Below are positions 1 through 10,602 of a stretch of 20,229 bases of DNA, in pieces (the stretch's first letter is position 1; every line of letters begins with the position of its first letter). The notes beneath the pieces are model-generated. The model was not told where the DNA came from, ran no database searches, and saw only the letters and a list, made by a program, of their open reading frames with translations. Source of the stretch: a virus (taxonomy: Duplodnaviria > Heunggongvirae > Uroviricota > Caudoviricetes); IMG/VR virus record IMGVR_UViG_2609459769_000010. One strand, 5' to 3'. The position numbers and the translations under genes are program-made.

Positions 1-930
1 ATGAAGATATCTCTTGTAGTTCCTGTCTTCAATGAAGAAGAAGCGATACCAATTTTTTATAAAACGGTACGTGAATTCGAAGAATTGAAGTCATATGAAG
101 TGGAAATTGTTTTCATAAATGACGGCAGCAAAGACGCTACGGAGTCAATTATTAATGCTCTGGCTGTTTCAGATCCTCTAGTTGTTCCGCTGTCATTTAC
201 ACGCAACTTTGGTAAAGAACCAGCATTGTTTGCAGGGTTAGACCATGCAACTGGCGATGCCGTGATTCCAATTGATGTTGACCTGCAAGACCCGATTGAG
301 GTTATTCCTCATCTTATTGAAAAGTGGCAGGCAGGTGCTGATATGGTACTTGCTAAGCGCTCTGACCGTTCTACAGATGGAAGACTGAAGCGCAAGACTG
401 CTGAGTGGTTCTATAAACTTCACAACAAAATAAGCAACCCAAAAATTGAGGAGAACGTCGGAGATTTCCGACTAATGTCTCGAGGAGTTGTGGAAAACAT
501 TAAATTATTACCAGAACGCAACCTGTTCATGAAAGGAGTATTAAGCTGGGTTGGTGGTCGTACAGATGTTGTTGAATATGCTCGCGCTGAGCGCGTTGCA
601 GGAACAACTAAATTTAATGGGTGGAAATTATGGAACCTGGCTCTGGAGGGTATCACTAGCTTCTCTACATTTCCTCTGCGTATGTGGACTTACATCGGTC
701 TTTTTGTTGCCGGTTTGGCATTCATTTATGGTGCATGGATGATTTTAGATAAGCTGATATTTGGAAATGATGTTCCTGGGTATCCATCAATTATTGTGTC
801 TATACTATTTTTAGGTGGTGTGCAGCTTATAGGGATCGGTGTGCTTGGAGAATACATAGGAAGAATATATATTGAGTCAAAAAACAGACCAAGGTATCTT
901 TTAAAGGAAAATGACTGTGAAAAAAAGTAA
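1..930 (+). CDS. gtrB: Bactoprenol glucosyltransferase GtrB (GT2 family, O-antigen glucosylation/seroconversion)
   Basis: 309-aa ORF starting at window position 1. Translation recalled as near-identical to E. coli K-12 YfdH/GtrB and Shigella phage GtrB ([17 protein letters not shown]..., DGSKD, C-terminal TM helices). gtrA would lie just upstream, outside the window. Confidence 0.93.
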   Translation: MKISLVVPVFNEEEAIPIFYKTVREFEELKSYEVEIVFINDGSKDATESIINALAVSDPLVVPLSFTRNFGKEPALFAGLDHATGDAVIPIDVDLQDPIEVIPHLIEKWQAGADMVLAKRSDRSTDGRLKRKTAEWFYKLHNKISNPKIEENVGDFRLMSRGVVENIKLLPERNLFMKGVLSWVGGRTDVVEYARAERVAGTTKFNGWKLWNLALEGITSFSTFPLRMWTYIGLFVAGLAFIYGAWMILDKLIFGNDVPGYPSIIVSILFLGGVQLIGIGVLGEYIGRIYIESKNRPRYLLKENDCEKK

Positions 931-2686
931 TTTAATTATAATATCAGCATTAGCTATAGTATATTGCTTGCCAATTATTCTTGGCACATCATATTATTAT
1001 GATGATCTTTTCCGAGCCTATTCAGGCTATAGCTCATGGAGTTCAGATGGAAGACCGTTTGCTAATACCTTTTATCAAATACTGACCTTTGGTCAAATGA
1101 TGCCTGATACGTTTCCACTTGCACTTATAGTATCAATTTTTATTTTTGCATATATCGGGAGCAAGCTTGGTAGTTTCTATGGTAAGATTAATTCATACAC
1201 TTACTGTTTTGCCTATACAACGATTATAATGTCACCATTATTTATATCTAATTTATTATTTAGATATGACTCTGCATTTATGATGCTTGCTATATCGGCC
1301 TGCATTGTTCCATACGTAGTTACTTTAGATAAAAAAATAAATATAGCTTTCGGCACTTTGGCTGTTATTTTTTCATTTGGACTTTATCAAGCAGCAGTTA
1401 GTATTTTTATTGCTTTTGCTGGTATAGAGCTATTTATAAATAGTTGTTTTCATGATGCAAAAAAAACCATTAAAAACTGCCTCATTAGAATAATGCAACT
1501 AGCTGTGGCTTATGTTATTTACTCAAAAATCATACTTGGATTTTTTGTAATTAACGACTATTTCAAAGAATTTAACAAACCTATATCACTAAGTGCAGAT
1601 GGTATATCGCGGTTAATGGCAAACATATCATCTTCTATGCATAACATAATATTGATGTTGAATTCTGGATTCTTAATAGCTGTAACTCCAATAATATGTT
1701 ACTCCCTTTTTTGTATTGTAAAGCACTCTATAACCAACAAGAAACCATATTCTATAATTGGTTTTATTCTGGCATTGGTTGCTTTATCTATTGCAGTTCC
1801 GGGTATAGCGATATTTGGTGAGAAGCCAATTTTCTATCCAAGAATTTATATTGGTGTTGGTGCATGTCTTTTCTTCATATGCTTCATACCAGTTATGTTG
1901 AATGGGAATAAGAAGATAACTATTGCTGTGCAATTTATTTTCATTTTTTATCTATTTGGCATGATTAACGCAACAAGCAATGCGGTTAGATCTGACGTTG
2001 AGTTTCAAAAAGCAACGTCTCAGAGAATTATAAACATAATTGATAGCAGTTACCTTTCAATTAATCATAAAGTTGTTATTCTTGGTCAACTTCGCCAGTC
2101 TCCATTATCATACATCAACTCATTATCATATCCATTGATTAACATATTGTCGCCGCAGCACTTTATCAATGGTTATGACGGTGGTCGATTCGTACTTATG
2201 CATGAGGGGCTTGACAATATTGAATATCCGGATATTCAAGAGCAAAGCAAATACAGAGATGCAATTAAAAATTCAAAACCAATATTCTCAAACAATATTT
2301 TTTCAATATATAACATTAATTCAACTACGGTCATATCTTTTGAGAATACATTATATGACGAAGCGAATAATAAGATGATACCATATACATTTAAGAGTAA
2401 CATGGTAAGTAATGCTCATTACGGTGATAAGTATTTCTATGCTTGCATTTCAAATACAGTATCCCCTACTCTTAAAAGAAACGAGTGGTACTATCTACTT
2501 ATTCACAATAAAGATGGTTCAGTCATTAACAGAAATTTTTTCGCTCCTTATTCAATGCATAATGACGAAAGTACATGCGTTAACACTCAATGGAAGGAAC
2601 CTGTTTCGTTAGAAGATATAAACTCAATTGAGTTTGGAATTTACAACATAGAAACAATGCAAAGGCGGTTAGATCTAGGCTCATAA
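911..2686 (+). CDS. GtrC-type serotype-specific O-antigen glycosyltransferase, polytopic membrane protein with long hydrophilic C-terminal domain
   Basis: 591-aa ORF overlapping the gtrB stop by 20 nt, with AAGGAAA RBS. N-terminal ~370 aa are very hydrophobic (multiple TM helices); C-terminal ~220 aa are hydrophilic. Strongly AT-rich compared with the rest of the window. Sits where the third gtr gene is found in P22/SfX-type conversion modules. Confidence 0.6.
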   Translation: MTVKKSNLIIISALAIVYCLPIILGTSYYYDDLFRAYSGYSSWSSDGRPFANTFYQILTFGQMMPDTFPLALIVSIFIFAYIGSKLGSFYGKINSYTYCFAYTTIIMSPLFISNLLFRYDSAFMMLAISACIVPYVVTLDKKINIAFGTLAVIFSFGLYQAAVSIFIAFAGIELFINSCFHDAKKTIKNCLIRIMQLAVAYVIYSKIILGFFVINDYFKEFNKPISLSADGISRLMANISSSMHNIILMLNSGFLIAVTPIICYSLFCIVKHSITNKKPYSIIGFILALVALSIAVPGIAIFGEKPIFYPRIYIGVGACLFFICFIPVMLNGNKKITIAVQFIFIFYLFGMINATSNAVRSDVEFQKATSQRIINIIDSSYLSINHKVVILGQLRQSPLSYINSLSYPLINILSPQHFINGYDGGRFVLMHEGLDNIEYPDIQEQSKYRDAIKNSKPIFSNNIFSIYNINSTTVISFENTLYDEANNKMIPYTFKSNMVSNAHYGDKYFYACISNTVSPTLKRNEWYYLLIHNKDGSVINRNFFAPYSMHNDESTCVNTQWKEPVSLEDINSIEFGIYNIETMQRRLDLGS

Positions 2687-2690
2687 TTTT

Positions 2691-2714
2691 AAGGCCTCTG
2701 TTGAGGCCTTTTTA
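2691..2714 (+). terminator. Rho-independent terminator of the gtr operon
   Basis: AAGGCCTC-TGTT-GAGGCCTT hairpin followed by TTTT, 5 nt after the gtrC stop. Confidence 0.6.
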
Positions 2715-2893
2715 CGTAATATTTAAATTCCTATACATTCCGTTACCATACCACGCTTGATCTGGATGCCATGGTTTCAGCGCATATGAATTCGTCTATA
2801 TTTATTAAAAATTTCTCTGGATATGCGGTAGATAGTGCTATTTATTCACATAATAAAATAAGAATAGATTTACTCGTATATAACTATGTTTGA

Positions 2894-2931
2894 TAGAATT
2901 AAGAAAACGGCTCCCTGTAGTGGAAGCCGTT
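2894..2931 (-). terminator. Possible terminator downstream of tailspike
   Basis: AACGGCT / AGCCGTT 7-bp stem (12-nt loop) followed on the - strand by TTTCTTAATTCT. About 80 nt past the tailspike stop. Confidence 0.3.
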
Positions 2932-3007
2932 ATAGTGCTGCAGTTTAAAGACAGATCAACCAATCCTTAACTGATCGGCATTGCCGGATGACCGGGCTTT
3001 TACATTT

Positions 3008-5212
3008 TTAGAATGCTTTCAATGTAGAGGCTTCTGAACCAGCACAGGTAAGAACTATCTTGTAGTACCCGGTTTTAGCCCCCCCTGAAACTCCTGACCA
3101 GTCAAAATTTAACTGCAATATAGCTCCGTTTTCATTTGGCGCACCGTAATTAACACTAGGTGCCCCTGGAGTAGAGATATCGAACATTGGCATATTTGCC
3201 GCCACTGAGTTTGCATTATACGAGTTGGTATTTCTGGCATCATTTCCTTGAGATGCAGTGATTACAGGCCATTCACCACCCAGAGCACTCTTTTGTACCA
3301 CCTCTATCGTTGCAGGTCCATTTCTCAACAACACTCCCTCGTAATACACATTTCCATGCGTACCACCGGTTCCATGTATTTGTATAGTGGCGAATCCGCA
3401 ATCAGCATAGTTGACTGATGGATCGAACGTCTGATGATACATATCAGATGGCAATGGCATAACAACTGCTGATAGTGTTGCTGGGGATGGCATTGATGTT
3501 CCTGTCCCAGTATTCATTGCAGGAACCCTGAGCTTTATTGATTCGGCTTTTCCACGAATGTTGCTGTATCCATCACCATGTGTATTGATCATATGAACAG
3601 GCCTAACAATTACTCCTTGAATAAACGCATTGCCATCAGCTATTTTTGCGAATGTAATTGTTTTCCATCCTCGACCAATCAATTGTCCGGCGTGCTTTAC
3701 CATTCCTGTGCTATTGCCGCCTCTATTACGAAGTGGCCATCCATATTGTTTTCCTTGATAACTTAGATTGCTACTAACTGGATAATTCAAATCGTAGTAT
3801 GGTGGCTTCGTTCCTGTGTAATTCTCAACTGGATGCTGAACCAGCATGCTTAAAACAACATCATCCCAACTGCCAATAACATCTATCTCAGCAGCTTCTG
3901 CATCAAGATAAAAGCTGTACGACATTACTGCGCTACCAGTTATCGGGAACTGTCCAGTTATTCGTTGTTGAGTATATGCAGCTCGATCAAAGACAATATT
4001 GAAATTGTTAGTAGGCAAGGCCATGCCAAAATGATCAGACATCATAGTGGGCCACATCATGATTTCTGATGATATTGGTTTGTACGATGGAGAAAGACCG
4101 CCAGCCATTAACATTGATGCGATTGCCTCACCCATTCGCTGATACCCCAATGAGTTAAAGTGGGTGCCGTCGCTTTGCACTACACCCTGTGGCATGTTGA
4201 ACTGAAGCTCGCCAAGGTTAATATGTGCGCAGTTATATAGTGTGGCTAAGTTTTTGACCTGAAATGCATATGACTGTTGGTAGTTAGCCAAGTTAAAATT
4301 GTACATACTAAAACTACCTGACGCAGTTTGACAAACAAGAACACCCATCCCCCAATCAATAAAGCGACGTATCAATTTTTCCATATACTCAAGGTACTCA
4401 TTGATGTCGCCCTCATTTGCATCGTTAATCGCATACATTAAAATTGCCAAGTCGCAATTAGGGTTTGTTTGCCAGTCAGGATTCTCATAGGCATTTTTTG
4501 CCGTGAAGCCTGAAATTGCCCTTACAGTTATTGATGTTGGCGCCCCTGATTGTTCCTCAAGATATGATCCAAGACGAACAGGATACGTAACTGTGGCATG
4601 AGTTGCGTTATCAGGGCTTCCTTCAACAATATCTGTTGATGAAATATCATATCCAGCAGTTATTGAATCTCCCTGACAAAGAATTTTTAATGGACTTCTT
4701 GATTTAATCAGGTAGTTTACATTAAGTAACATCCTTATATTTCTTGAACCATAGTTAGCAGAATCATTAGCAATATTACCTTTCGCATTATCATCAAGGG
4801 CTTCCTGAATCGTCTCTCCACTAACAGTGCCAATCATTCCTGCCCCAGTGCTTGATGTTAGTCTTTGTTCTAACTGATCGGGATCATACTTCAGCACATT
4901 TGGAAAATAGAACTGCTGCACACCGTACGCATCATAAACAGCCATAGAATGGCCTTGCACAGTTACGAATTTGGCAATCTGTCCGTTATATACCGGATAT
5001 CCGGCAGCATTTATAACGATTGGTTGTGACACTTGAACATGAGTGCCGTCTTCTCGTTCCAGATATACTGGAATCTGGTTTTCAGGATTTACCGGATCAG
5101 TGTCAATTTTACCGATATAAATTTTTCCATTGGCTACGGCTTTAAAAGAACGAGCCATAGTGAAGAGTTGCGAAGGCATCGATACGATCACATTGGCTGT
5201 AATGTCTGTCAT
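3008..5212 (-). CDS. Tailspike protein: P22 gp9-like N-terminal head-binding domain fused to SGNH/GDSL esterase domain and C-terminal beta-rich domain
   Basis: 734-aa ORF with GGAG RBS. First ~115 aa ([41 protein letters not shown]...VLKYDPDQ) match the P22 tailspike head-binding domain as recalled. Downstream carries SGNH hydrolase blocks: GDSIT (aa 181-185), INDAN (GxND-like), DGTHF (DxxH). Confidence 0.85.
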   Translation of the reverse strand: MTDITANVIVSMPSQLFTMARSFKAVANGKIYIGKIDTDPVNPENQIPVYLEREDGTHVQVSQPIVINAAGYPVYNGQIAKFVTVQGHSMAVYDAYGVQQFYFPNVLKYDPDQLEQRLTSSTGAGMIGTVSGETIQEALDDNAKGNIANDSANYGSRNIRMLLNVNYLIKSRSPLKILCQGDSITAGYDISSTDIVEGSPDNATHATVTYPVRLGSYLEEQSGAPTSITVRAISGFTAKNAYENPDWQTNPNCDLAILMYAINDANEGDINEYLEYMEKLIRRFIDWGMGVLVCQTASGSFSMYNFNLANYQQSYAFQVKNLATLYNCAHINLGELQFNMPQGVVQSDGTHFNSLGYQRMGEAIASMLMAGGLSPSYKPISSEIMMWPTMMSDHFGMALPTNNFNIVFDRAAYTQQRITGQFPITGSAVMSYSFYLDAEAAEIDVIGSWDDVVLSMLVQHPVENYTGTKPPYYDLNYPVSSNLSYQGKQYGWPLRNRGGNSTGMVKHAGQLIGRGWKTITFAKIADGNAFIQGVIVRPVHMINTHGDGYSNIRGKAESIKLRVPAMNTGTGTSMPSPATLSAVVMPLPSDMYHQTFDPSVNYADCGFATIQIHGTGGTHGNVYYEGVLLRNGPATIEVVQKSALGGEWPVITASQGNDARNTNSYNANSVAANMPMFDISTPGAPSVNYGAPNENGAILQLNFDWSGVSGGAKTGYYKIVLTCAGSEASTLKAF

Positions 5213-5270
5213 TTAATTTGCTCCAGATACAATGAATCGCCGCAGCGTGGCCACGGTGAATTTTGGGCAT

Positions 5271-5293
5271 AAAAAAACCCAGCCGAAGCTGGG
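5271..5293 (-). terminator. Rho-independent terminator between ejection-protein genes and tailspike
   Basis: On the - strand: CCCAGC-TTCG-GCTGGG followed by TTTTTTT. Confidence 0.6.
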
Positions 5294-5343
5294 TAGTTGC
5301 GTTGGTTATCTGTCAGTAGTTATGTGCTTATTTAATTATTTAT

Positions 5344-7188
5344 CTATTGTTCTGCTGTAATTTGGCTTGAAAGTATAGGGCGTATCGCATTTGCAGCATT
5401 ATTTAACGCTCTTTCATAAGCTGGCGTTCCTGCTTTGGTGTTTGCCAAACGAAGAAGCATATTCCTTGCGGCTTTGGACTCATACAAACGCATCATTGCA
5501 CCAAAACCAGCCTCAAGCCCCATTGATACACCAAGAGTCGCAGTTGCGCCAATCGTCCTTATCCTGTTGGCTTGCGATTGCCCCGTCTGAGTTACTACAT
5601 TTGCGGTGTCTGACCTTGCTGTTTGCTGTAGAACTTCATGAAGAGCATCAAGCTCTTTCATGTGCTTTCCAGAAAAAATAGTGTTGTAAATTTCACCGCC
5701 TGACTGAGATTTCAGCTTATTAACTTCAGTGATGAACTTGGCTGGAGAGTCACCGGCCTTTTCCGCTATTTTGCTGACGTAAGCTGCACGCATAGCATCT
5801 TTCCCTTTATCATCCAGTGCGCTCCAGATTCGTTTCACGTCAGATGGTTTTCTGCTTAATACAACGGTATTTATAAGTTCAGGACTGGCTTCACTGCTTG
5901 CCTTGTTGAGCTTGTTAGCAATGTTTTTATTAAGCACCTTATTATAAACGTTTGCATAATCGGAATTTGCTTTAAGGTATTTTGCTGCGTCTGATGCACC
6001 GAGGTTTTTAGCAACTGCGTTACGAAGGTCTTTTGACATTGCATTCTCTACCATATTGGTAGCTGCTTTTGCCTGGTTGGGGAAGACCATAGCATCTCCC
6101 TGAACATTAGATCTAAATGCTGTTCTGTGCTGACGCAAGAGATCAAACGTAACATCCAAATCAGTTGCAGGGTTTGCTAATTCTTCACGTAGGTTACGCA
6201 AGGATGTAAGCAGGCTTTGATTGGCAGACGTCCCAAGCCGTTCCTGTCTTGCGATCGCTGTATTCAGAGCATTCATGGTATTTGTGGTATCAACTGCGGC
6301 ATTACCCATTTTATTGGTGACGTCATTGATAACAGCGCCAGCGGCATCCTTCCGCCCCCTTAACGTGGTGGTCAGAGATTTCACCACATCATCAGGGTTA
6401 TACTCACCAAAACGGTCAAAATAATTGCTTACCAGTTTACTACGCGTTGCATATTGCTCCGCTCGCTTTGAGCCTGTCCCGAGCAAAGCACCCTCGGCAT
6501 CCTGAGTAAGGCCACGAGTGAAAGCATTTTTCGGCGGGATAACATCAGATGTCATTGGTGTCACGCCCATCGATTCTGATGTGGCAATTTTCTTCGCCAC
6601 TTCTGGCGCAATATCACCTTTTATAGCCGTTATTCCACGCCCTATTCCCTTTGCTGCTGCGGAAAGAACACCCTGAGCGGCAAGGTTAACTCCGGCATTT
6701 TTAGCTGCATTTTGTGCGAAATCGCCTTTCTGATTTGCGGCCTCTGCCAGTGAGCCAATAGCCATGCTTCCTGCCGTTCCAACTCCTGGAACTAAATACC
6801 CACCAATTGTTTCACCGGCTTGTGCGTATGGGTCTGTCGGTTTGTCTACTGGACGATAAACATCATCCAAAACTTTTGGCCCACCAAGCCCCTGACTGAT
6901 TGCATTAATCAGACTTGCGCCACCCTGCAATACGTCAAATGGTATGTTTACCAGACCACGACCAGCCTGTTCTGCAATTTGCCCTGCACTTTGACCACCA
7001 GTGAGCCAATCGCCAGCTTGTTGCATCAATGATGGTTCGTCCCGTGTTGGTGCATTATTGGACTGATTAACTGTTTGTTGCTGAACAGCCTGACCAGCAA
7101 AATACTCATCAATGGCGGTGCCAATATCTTCGGTGCTCGTACCATCAGGAAAGGTAAATGTCTTACCGTTTGCAGTTACTTTCATCAT
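5344..7188 (-). CDS. Ejection (injection) protein, P22 gp16-like
   Basis: 614 aa (P22 gp16 is ~609 aa by recollection). Last gene of the gp7-gp20-gp16 series. Start ATG overlaps the upstream stop (ATGA). Gly/Ala-rich, low-complexity composition typical of E proteins. Confidence 0.7.
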   Translation of the reverse strand: MMKVTANGKTFTFPDGTSTEDIGTAIDEYFAGQAVQQQTVNQSNNAPTRDEPSLMQQAGDWLTGGQSAGQIAEQAGRGLVNIPFDVLQGGASLINAISQGLGGPKVLDDVYRPVDKPTDPYAQAGETIGGYLVPGVGTAGSMAIGSLAEAANQKGDFAQNAAKNAGVNLAAQGVLSAAAKGIGRGITAIKGDIAPEVAKKIATSESMGVTPMTSDVIPPKNAFTRGLTQDAEGALLGTGSKRAEQYATRSKLVSNYFDRFGEYNPDDVVKSLTTTLRGRKDAAGAVINDVTNKMGNAAVDTTNTMNALNTAIARQERLGTSANQSLLTSLRNLREELANPATDLDVTFDLLRQHRTAFRSNVQGDAMVFPNQAKAATNMVENAMSKDLRNAVAKNLGASDAAKYLKANSDYANVYNKVLNKNIANKLNKASSEASPELINTVVLSRKPSDVKRIWSALDDKGKDAMRAAYVSKIAEKAGDSPAKFITEVNKLKSQSGGEIYNTIFSGKHMKELDALHEVLQQTARSDTANVVTQTGQSQANRIRTIGATATLGVSMGLEAGFGAMMRLYESKAARNMLLRLANTKAGTPAYERALNNAANAIRPILSSQITAEQ

Positions 7189-8591
7189 TCCACCGTAAAT
7201 TGAATGCCTGATTTTGAGGTATATGATCCAACCTGATTCCGTGGTTCTCCTGAAGGTGTCGAATCTTGTGCTGGCGCTGCGTCAGTATTCATTGACATAT
7301 ACCGCTTAACGGCACTCCCCAATGATTCACCTTTTTTAACATCCAACCCCAATATCTGACCGCCATTACGCGATTGTCCAGGGTTGCCATTCGCGCTCAT
7401 CCACTCGGCTTTAAACTCATTAAACTGCGCGTTTCGTCGCTCAAGGTTTGCCATTGCATCAAGCCATCTTGCGACCGTCTCAGGGTTATCCATGTCAGTT
7501 GGCGCACCCTGTCGAACGATCTCAACGTCTTTATCCGTTGCTGGGCCGGGAGGTAGGAATTTAAGAACCTGACTGTTAACAAGGGCATTTTGGCGAATGC
7601 GCAAATCACGCAATGTTGTATCGCTTCCGGTAAGTTTTGCGAACATGTTCTGTGCGTTACCGAACAAACCTGTCGTTGGTTTTTCTGCTCTGAACTGTTG
7701 AGCAAGCGCACTCATAGAATTGGCTGAGTTTGATGATGCTGTAGCATTGTTTACAGCCGTCTCGATGCCTTTTTCCATGTTTACTGACAGCTTAGGTGCT
7801 TCGCTAATCAACTGCTGAGCCTTTTCCTGCGCTTGCTGCATCTTAAACCCGAACTCTTGCTGATCCAGAGCCAAGCGTTGTGCTGCGATATTGTGCCCAG
7901 TCATTGCTGACTGATAGGAAAGGTTTTGCCCTCTCGCCTGAAGTGCTTCTCCAGCCTGATTGCTGCGGATTGTCTCTGCCAGTCTGCCTCGGTCAATTTC
8001 ACGACCAGCCATCTTGTCCTGAACATTGAAGTAATCAATCGGACCAAGAGCAGCCATCCCAAGGTGATCAACAAACTCACCAAATCCTGAAGGATTCTGC
8101 TGATACATCTGAGCAACGCTGTTAGGGTCAACACCGACGCGAGTCAGTTCCTTGGCGTTGTTTTGCAGCCATGATTGCATTGCTTCTGGAGACGATGACG
8201 CAAGGCGTGCGCCAGCCGCTAAGGTGCCGATAGAATTGCGCTGGTCTTCATCAATGAATCCCATGCCTTTACGAACGGATTCAATCTGGTCTGGATATTG
8301 AGTAGCCAACTGACGCAAAGCACCGCGATCACCAGACGCATAAGCATTAGCGTATGCCTGCTGAAATTCTTTCTGCCGCTGAGCCTGCTTTTCCTGCTGA
8401 AACACCCCCGCAATACCTGAAAGGCCTTGCAAAGCAGTCAGCCCAACATTGTTAGCGCCTGAACGCTCAATATCATTGTTCTGTCTGATAAGCTGAAGCG
8501 TATTGCCGATGTCATTTACGCTCGGAGCGTTTGAGTTGACACCACCGATACCAGCCAACAATCCGCCATTTGTTCCTTGCCAAGTAGCCAT
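7185..8591 (-). CDS. Ejection protein, P22 gp20-like
   Basis: 468 aa (P22 gp20 ~471 aa). Gene order and size match the P22 E-protein cluster. Confidence 0.7.
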   Translation of the reverse strand: MATWQGTNGGLLAGIGGVNSNAPSVNDIGNTLQLIRQNNDIERSGANNVGLTALQGLSGIAGVFQQEKQAQRQKEFQQAYANAYASGDRGALRQLATQYPDQIESVRKGMGFIDEDQRNSIGTLAAGARLASSSPEAMQSWLQNNAKELTRVGVDPNSVAQMYQQNPSGFGEFVDHLGMAALGPIDYFNVQDKMAGREIDRGRLAETIRSNQAGEALQARGQNLSYQSAMTGHNIAAQRLALDQQEFGFKMQQAQEKAQQLISEAPKLSVNMEKGIETAVNNATASSNSANSMSALAQQFRAEKPTTGLFGNAQNMFAKLTGSDTTLRDLRIRQNALVNSQVLKFLPPGPATDKDVEIVRQGAPTDMDNPETVARWLDAMANLERRNAQFNEFKAEWMSANGNPGQSRNGGQILGLDVKKGESLGSAVKRYMSMNTDAAPAQDSTPSGEPRNQVGSYTSKSGIQFTVE

Positions 8592-8600
8592 GATTACCCC

Positions 8601-9296
8601 TTAAAACAACGATCCAAGCAGGCCAAGTCCGCCGCCAATTGCCGCACCTAATCCAGTGCCAAGTCCGGGAACAATAGAGCCAAGAGCAGCGCCAGTCATA
8701 GCCCCTGAAGCTCCACCGCTAATTGCTGTCTGAAGACCTGATGGTTTGTTGGCATTAGCAGCGGCAAGAGCTGCGCTTTGCTGTGCAATGCTGCTCATGT
8801 TGTTGGCGTACGTCTGCCCGGCGTTTGCCTGACCTTGCAGAGCACCAAGCCCAACGTTTGCCAGATTGTTGTAATTGCTCATCTGGTTTGATAACCACGA
8901 CTGACCGAGAGTCGGAGCAATCGTAGCCAGTTGATTGCTTGTGGCTGTCGAACCAAGTCCGCCAGTCGCCTCCGCAGCAGCAAGACTCTGGTAACGAGCC
9001 TGACCTGCAAGGTCTTTATACTGCTGAGAATTGTAATACTGATTAAGTGCCTGCCCCTGACCTTCTAAACTGGAAAGATTCTGAAGCTGGTTAACATACT
9101 GCTCCGCAAGCGGCGTGAACGGAGCAAGGTTTTTCATGATCGTCTGCCACTGCTGATTTTGCAGGTCTGCGGCATACTTCTGGGCTTCTGCTGCATACTT
9201 TGCGCTTTTATCAGAGCTACCACCTTTCCCGCCTTTTTCAGGGCAATAAGGTTCCTCGCCGCGCAGTTTTCTGCCCAGCTTAAATGCATATAACAT
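8601..9296 (-). CDS. Ejection protein, P22 gp7-like
   Basis: 231 aa (P22 gp7 ~229 aa), with glycine-rich C-terminus. Position between the gp14-like and gp20-like genes. Confidence 0.65.
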   Translation of the reverse strand: MLYAFKLGRKLRGEEPYCPEKGGKGGSSDKSAKYAAEAQKYAADLQNQQWQTIMKNLAPFTPLAEQYVNQLQNLSSLEGQGQALNQYYNSQQYKDLAGQARYQSLAAAEATGGLGSTATSNQLATIAPTLGQSWLSNQMSNYNNLANVGLGALQGQANAGQTYANNMSSIAQQSAALAAANANKPSGLQTAISGGASGAMTGAALGSIVPGLGTGLGAAIGGGLGLLGSLF

Positions 9297-9298
9297 GG

Positions 9299-9757
9299 CT
9301 ATCTCCCGTGATTCAGGAAGTCGATTAGTTCTTCACGTGTGGCGCTGTAAAACGTCACGTCATCCACGCCTTTGAAGTATTTCTTGATGGTTCCTACACG
9401 CTTAAGGCCAATCATCGCGCAATACATCTGACCGTGGCGGAATTTGCGTGCAGCGAACGATGTGACGCACTGAACGGTGGTGTTAGTCAGAATGTATCGC
9501 CAGAACGCCAGCCCGATTTCCTTGCTGAATCCGCGAATCTCTGGCAGGTACATGGCGTGGCAATCGAATGTCAGCGGCTGAATCTCCTGATAGTAAACAA
9601 TGCCGCCGAACTGCCCGTGCACGTTCACCTCAAAGTAACGGCAATCAGGTTTGTAGTCGTATCCATCACCGTTGTTGCTCCCGGCGATAATGTCAGGGTG
9701 ATTTCCTACTGCTTCGATCAGGTCGATGTTTCGCGTTGGTTTGAACTGAATCATCAC
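9299..9757 (-). CDS. P22 gp14-like virion protein
   Basis: 152-aa ORF between the tail needle and gp7-like genes, the position of gene 14 in P22. Start overlaps the tail-needle stop. Confidence 0.5.
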   Translation of the reverse strand: MMIQFKPTRNIDLIEAVGNHPDIIAGSNNGDGYDYKPDCRYFEVNVHGQFGGIVYYQEIQPLTFDCHAMYLPEIRGFSKEIGLAFWRYILTNTTVQCVTSFAARKFRHGQMYCAMIGLKRVGTIKKYFKGVDDVTFYSATREELIDFLNHGR

Positions 9758-10602
9758 TGCTCCGCGATTATCTTGATGGTTGTGGCAGTAAACGCCGCAC
9801 CATTTGACTGAATGGTTAACGTGCTGCCATTTGTGGCAAGAAAGCCGTCTTTATCCACGCTGAAGAACGTAGCTAACAAGATGTTATCGGTTGTTGTCGC
9901 CGAGTTGCGACTGCTTACCAGTGTGTCAGGAACAGAACCGGAAAATGTTAGTTGCATTGACCTGTTGGCGGTTCCACTGGGCCACGTCCCGACAATCGAC
10001 AACTTGAAGAACAAGGTTTTGTTCTCGTTGAACACAACCATCTTGTTGTTAACGGTGTCGAAGAATGGTGCCAACGTGCCGGATGACGGCGTGAGCGTTT
10101 TCAGTAGGCTAACAAGGTTGGTCGGCGCTGTCGGAATGGTTACTGATACGCCAGAGTAAACAACCTCTGACTTCTTGCGCGTGGTTGCATACTCCAGAGC
10201 ATCAATGCGCGATTCATGATCTGAAACCTGCGACTCCAGCGACTGAACTCTTGTGTCAAGCGACGCAATATCGCTTTCATTCTGAGCTATTCGTGTTTCA
10301 TGTTCCTGAAGAGTTGATTCTGCCTGGCTGATTCGCTCCTCATGATTAACAAGCGTTGCTTCCGCAGCAGAAATTCGCTGCTCATGGTCAGCGAGAATCA
10401 CATCCTGCTCATCGTTCCTGACCTGTGCATCATAAGCGCCTTGTCCGGCCTCGTTGGCCTTGTTCGCCACATTACCAACATCAGCACCCTGTGCAATAAC
10501 GTAAAGCAGATACGACTGCGAGAAGATATTGCGTGGAAGGATTGATGTATCGAGCCGCGTCGCCTGAACAATAACAGGTGTATTGAGATTCGAATCCGCC
10601 AT
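9754..10602 (-). CDS. Tail needle protein (P22 gp26-like) with C-terminal knob domain
   Basis: 282 aa. N-terminus [43 protein letters not shown]...[18 protein letters not shown] matches the P22 gp26 N-terminus as recalled. Followed by a trimeric coiled-coil segment with a 14-aa periodic HExRI repeat, then a ~140-aa C-terminal domain (Sf6-type knob architecture). Confidence 0.85.
   Translation of the reverse strand: MADSNLNTPVIVQATRLDTSILPRNIFSQSYLLYVIAQGADVGNVANKANEAGQGAYDAQVRNDEQDVILADHEQRISAAEATLVNHEERISQAESTLQEHETRIAQNESDIASLDTRVQSLESQVSDHESRIDALEYATTRKKSEVVYSGVSVTIPTAPTNLVSLLKTLTPSSGTLAPFFDTVNNKMVVFNENKTLFFKLSIVGTWPSGTANRSMQLTFSGSVPDTLVSSRNSATTTDNILLATFFSVDKDGFLATNGSTLTIQSNGAAFTATTIKIIAEQ

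Noticed and set aside
2770-2892. 40-codon ORF in the gtrC-tailspike spacer
   Set aside because: No RBS, very AT-rich low-complexity translation; likely non-coding.
3578-3766. 62-aa ORF on + strand inside the tailspike gene (and similar antisense ORFs at 5033..5272, 5391..5681, 6221..6424, 6820..7032, 7374..7572, 7397..8413)
   Set aside because: Fully embedded in or antisense to long, well-supported virion genes, with no RBS. Typical spurious frames.
9434-10159. Two + strand ORFs (125 and 115 aa) antisense to the gp14-like and tail-needle genes
   Set aside because: Antisense to confidently identified genes, no RBS, composition not protein-like.
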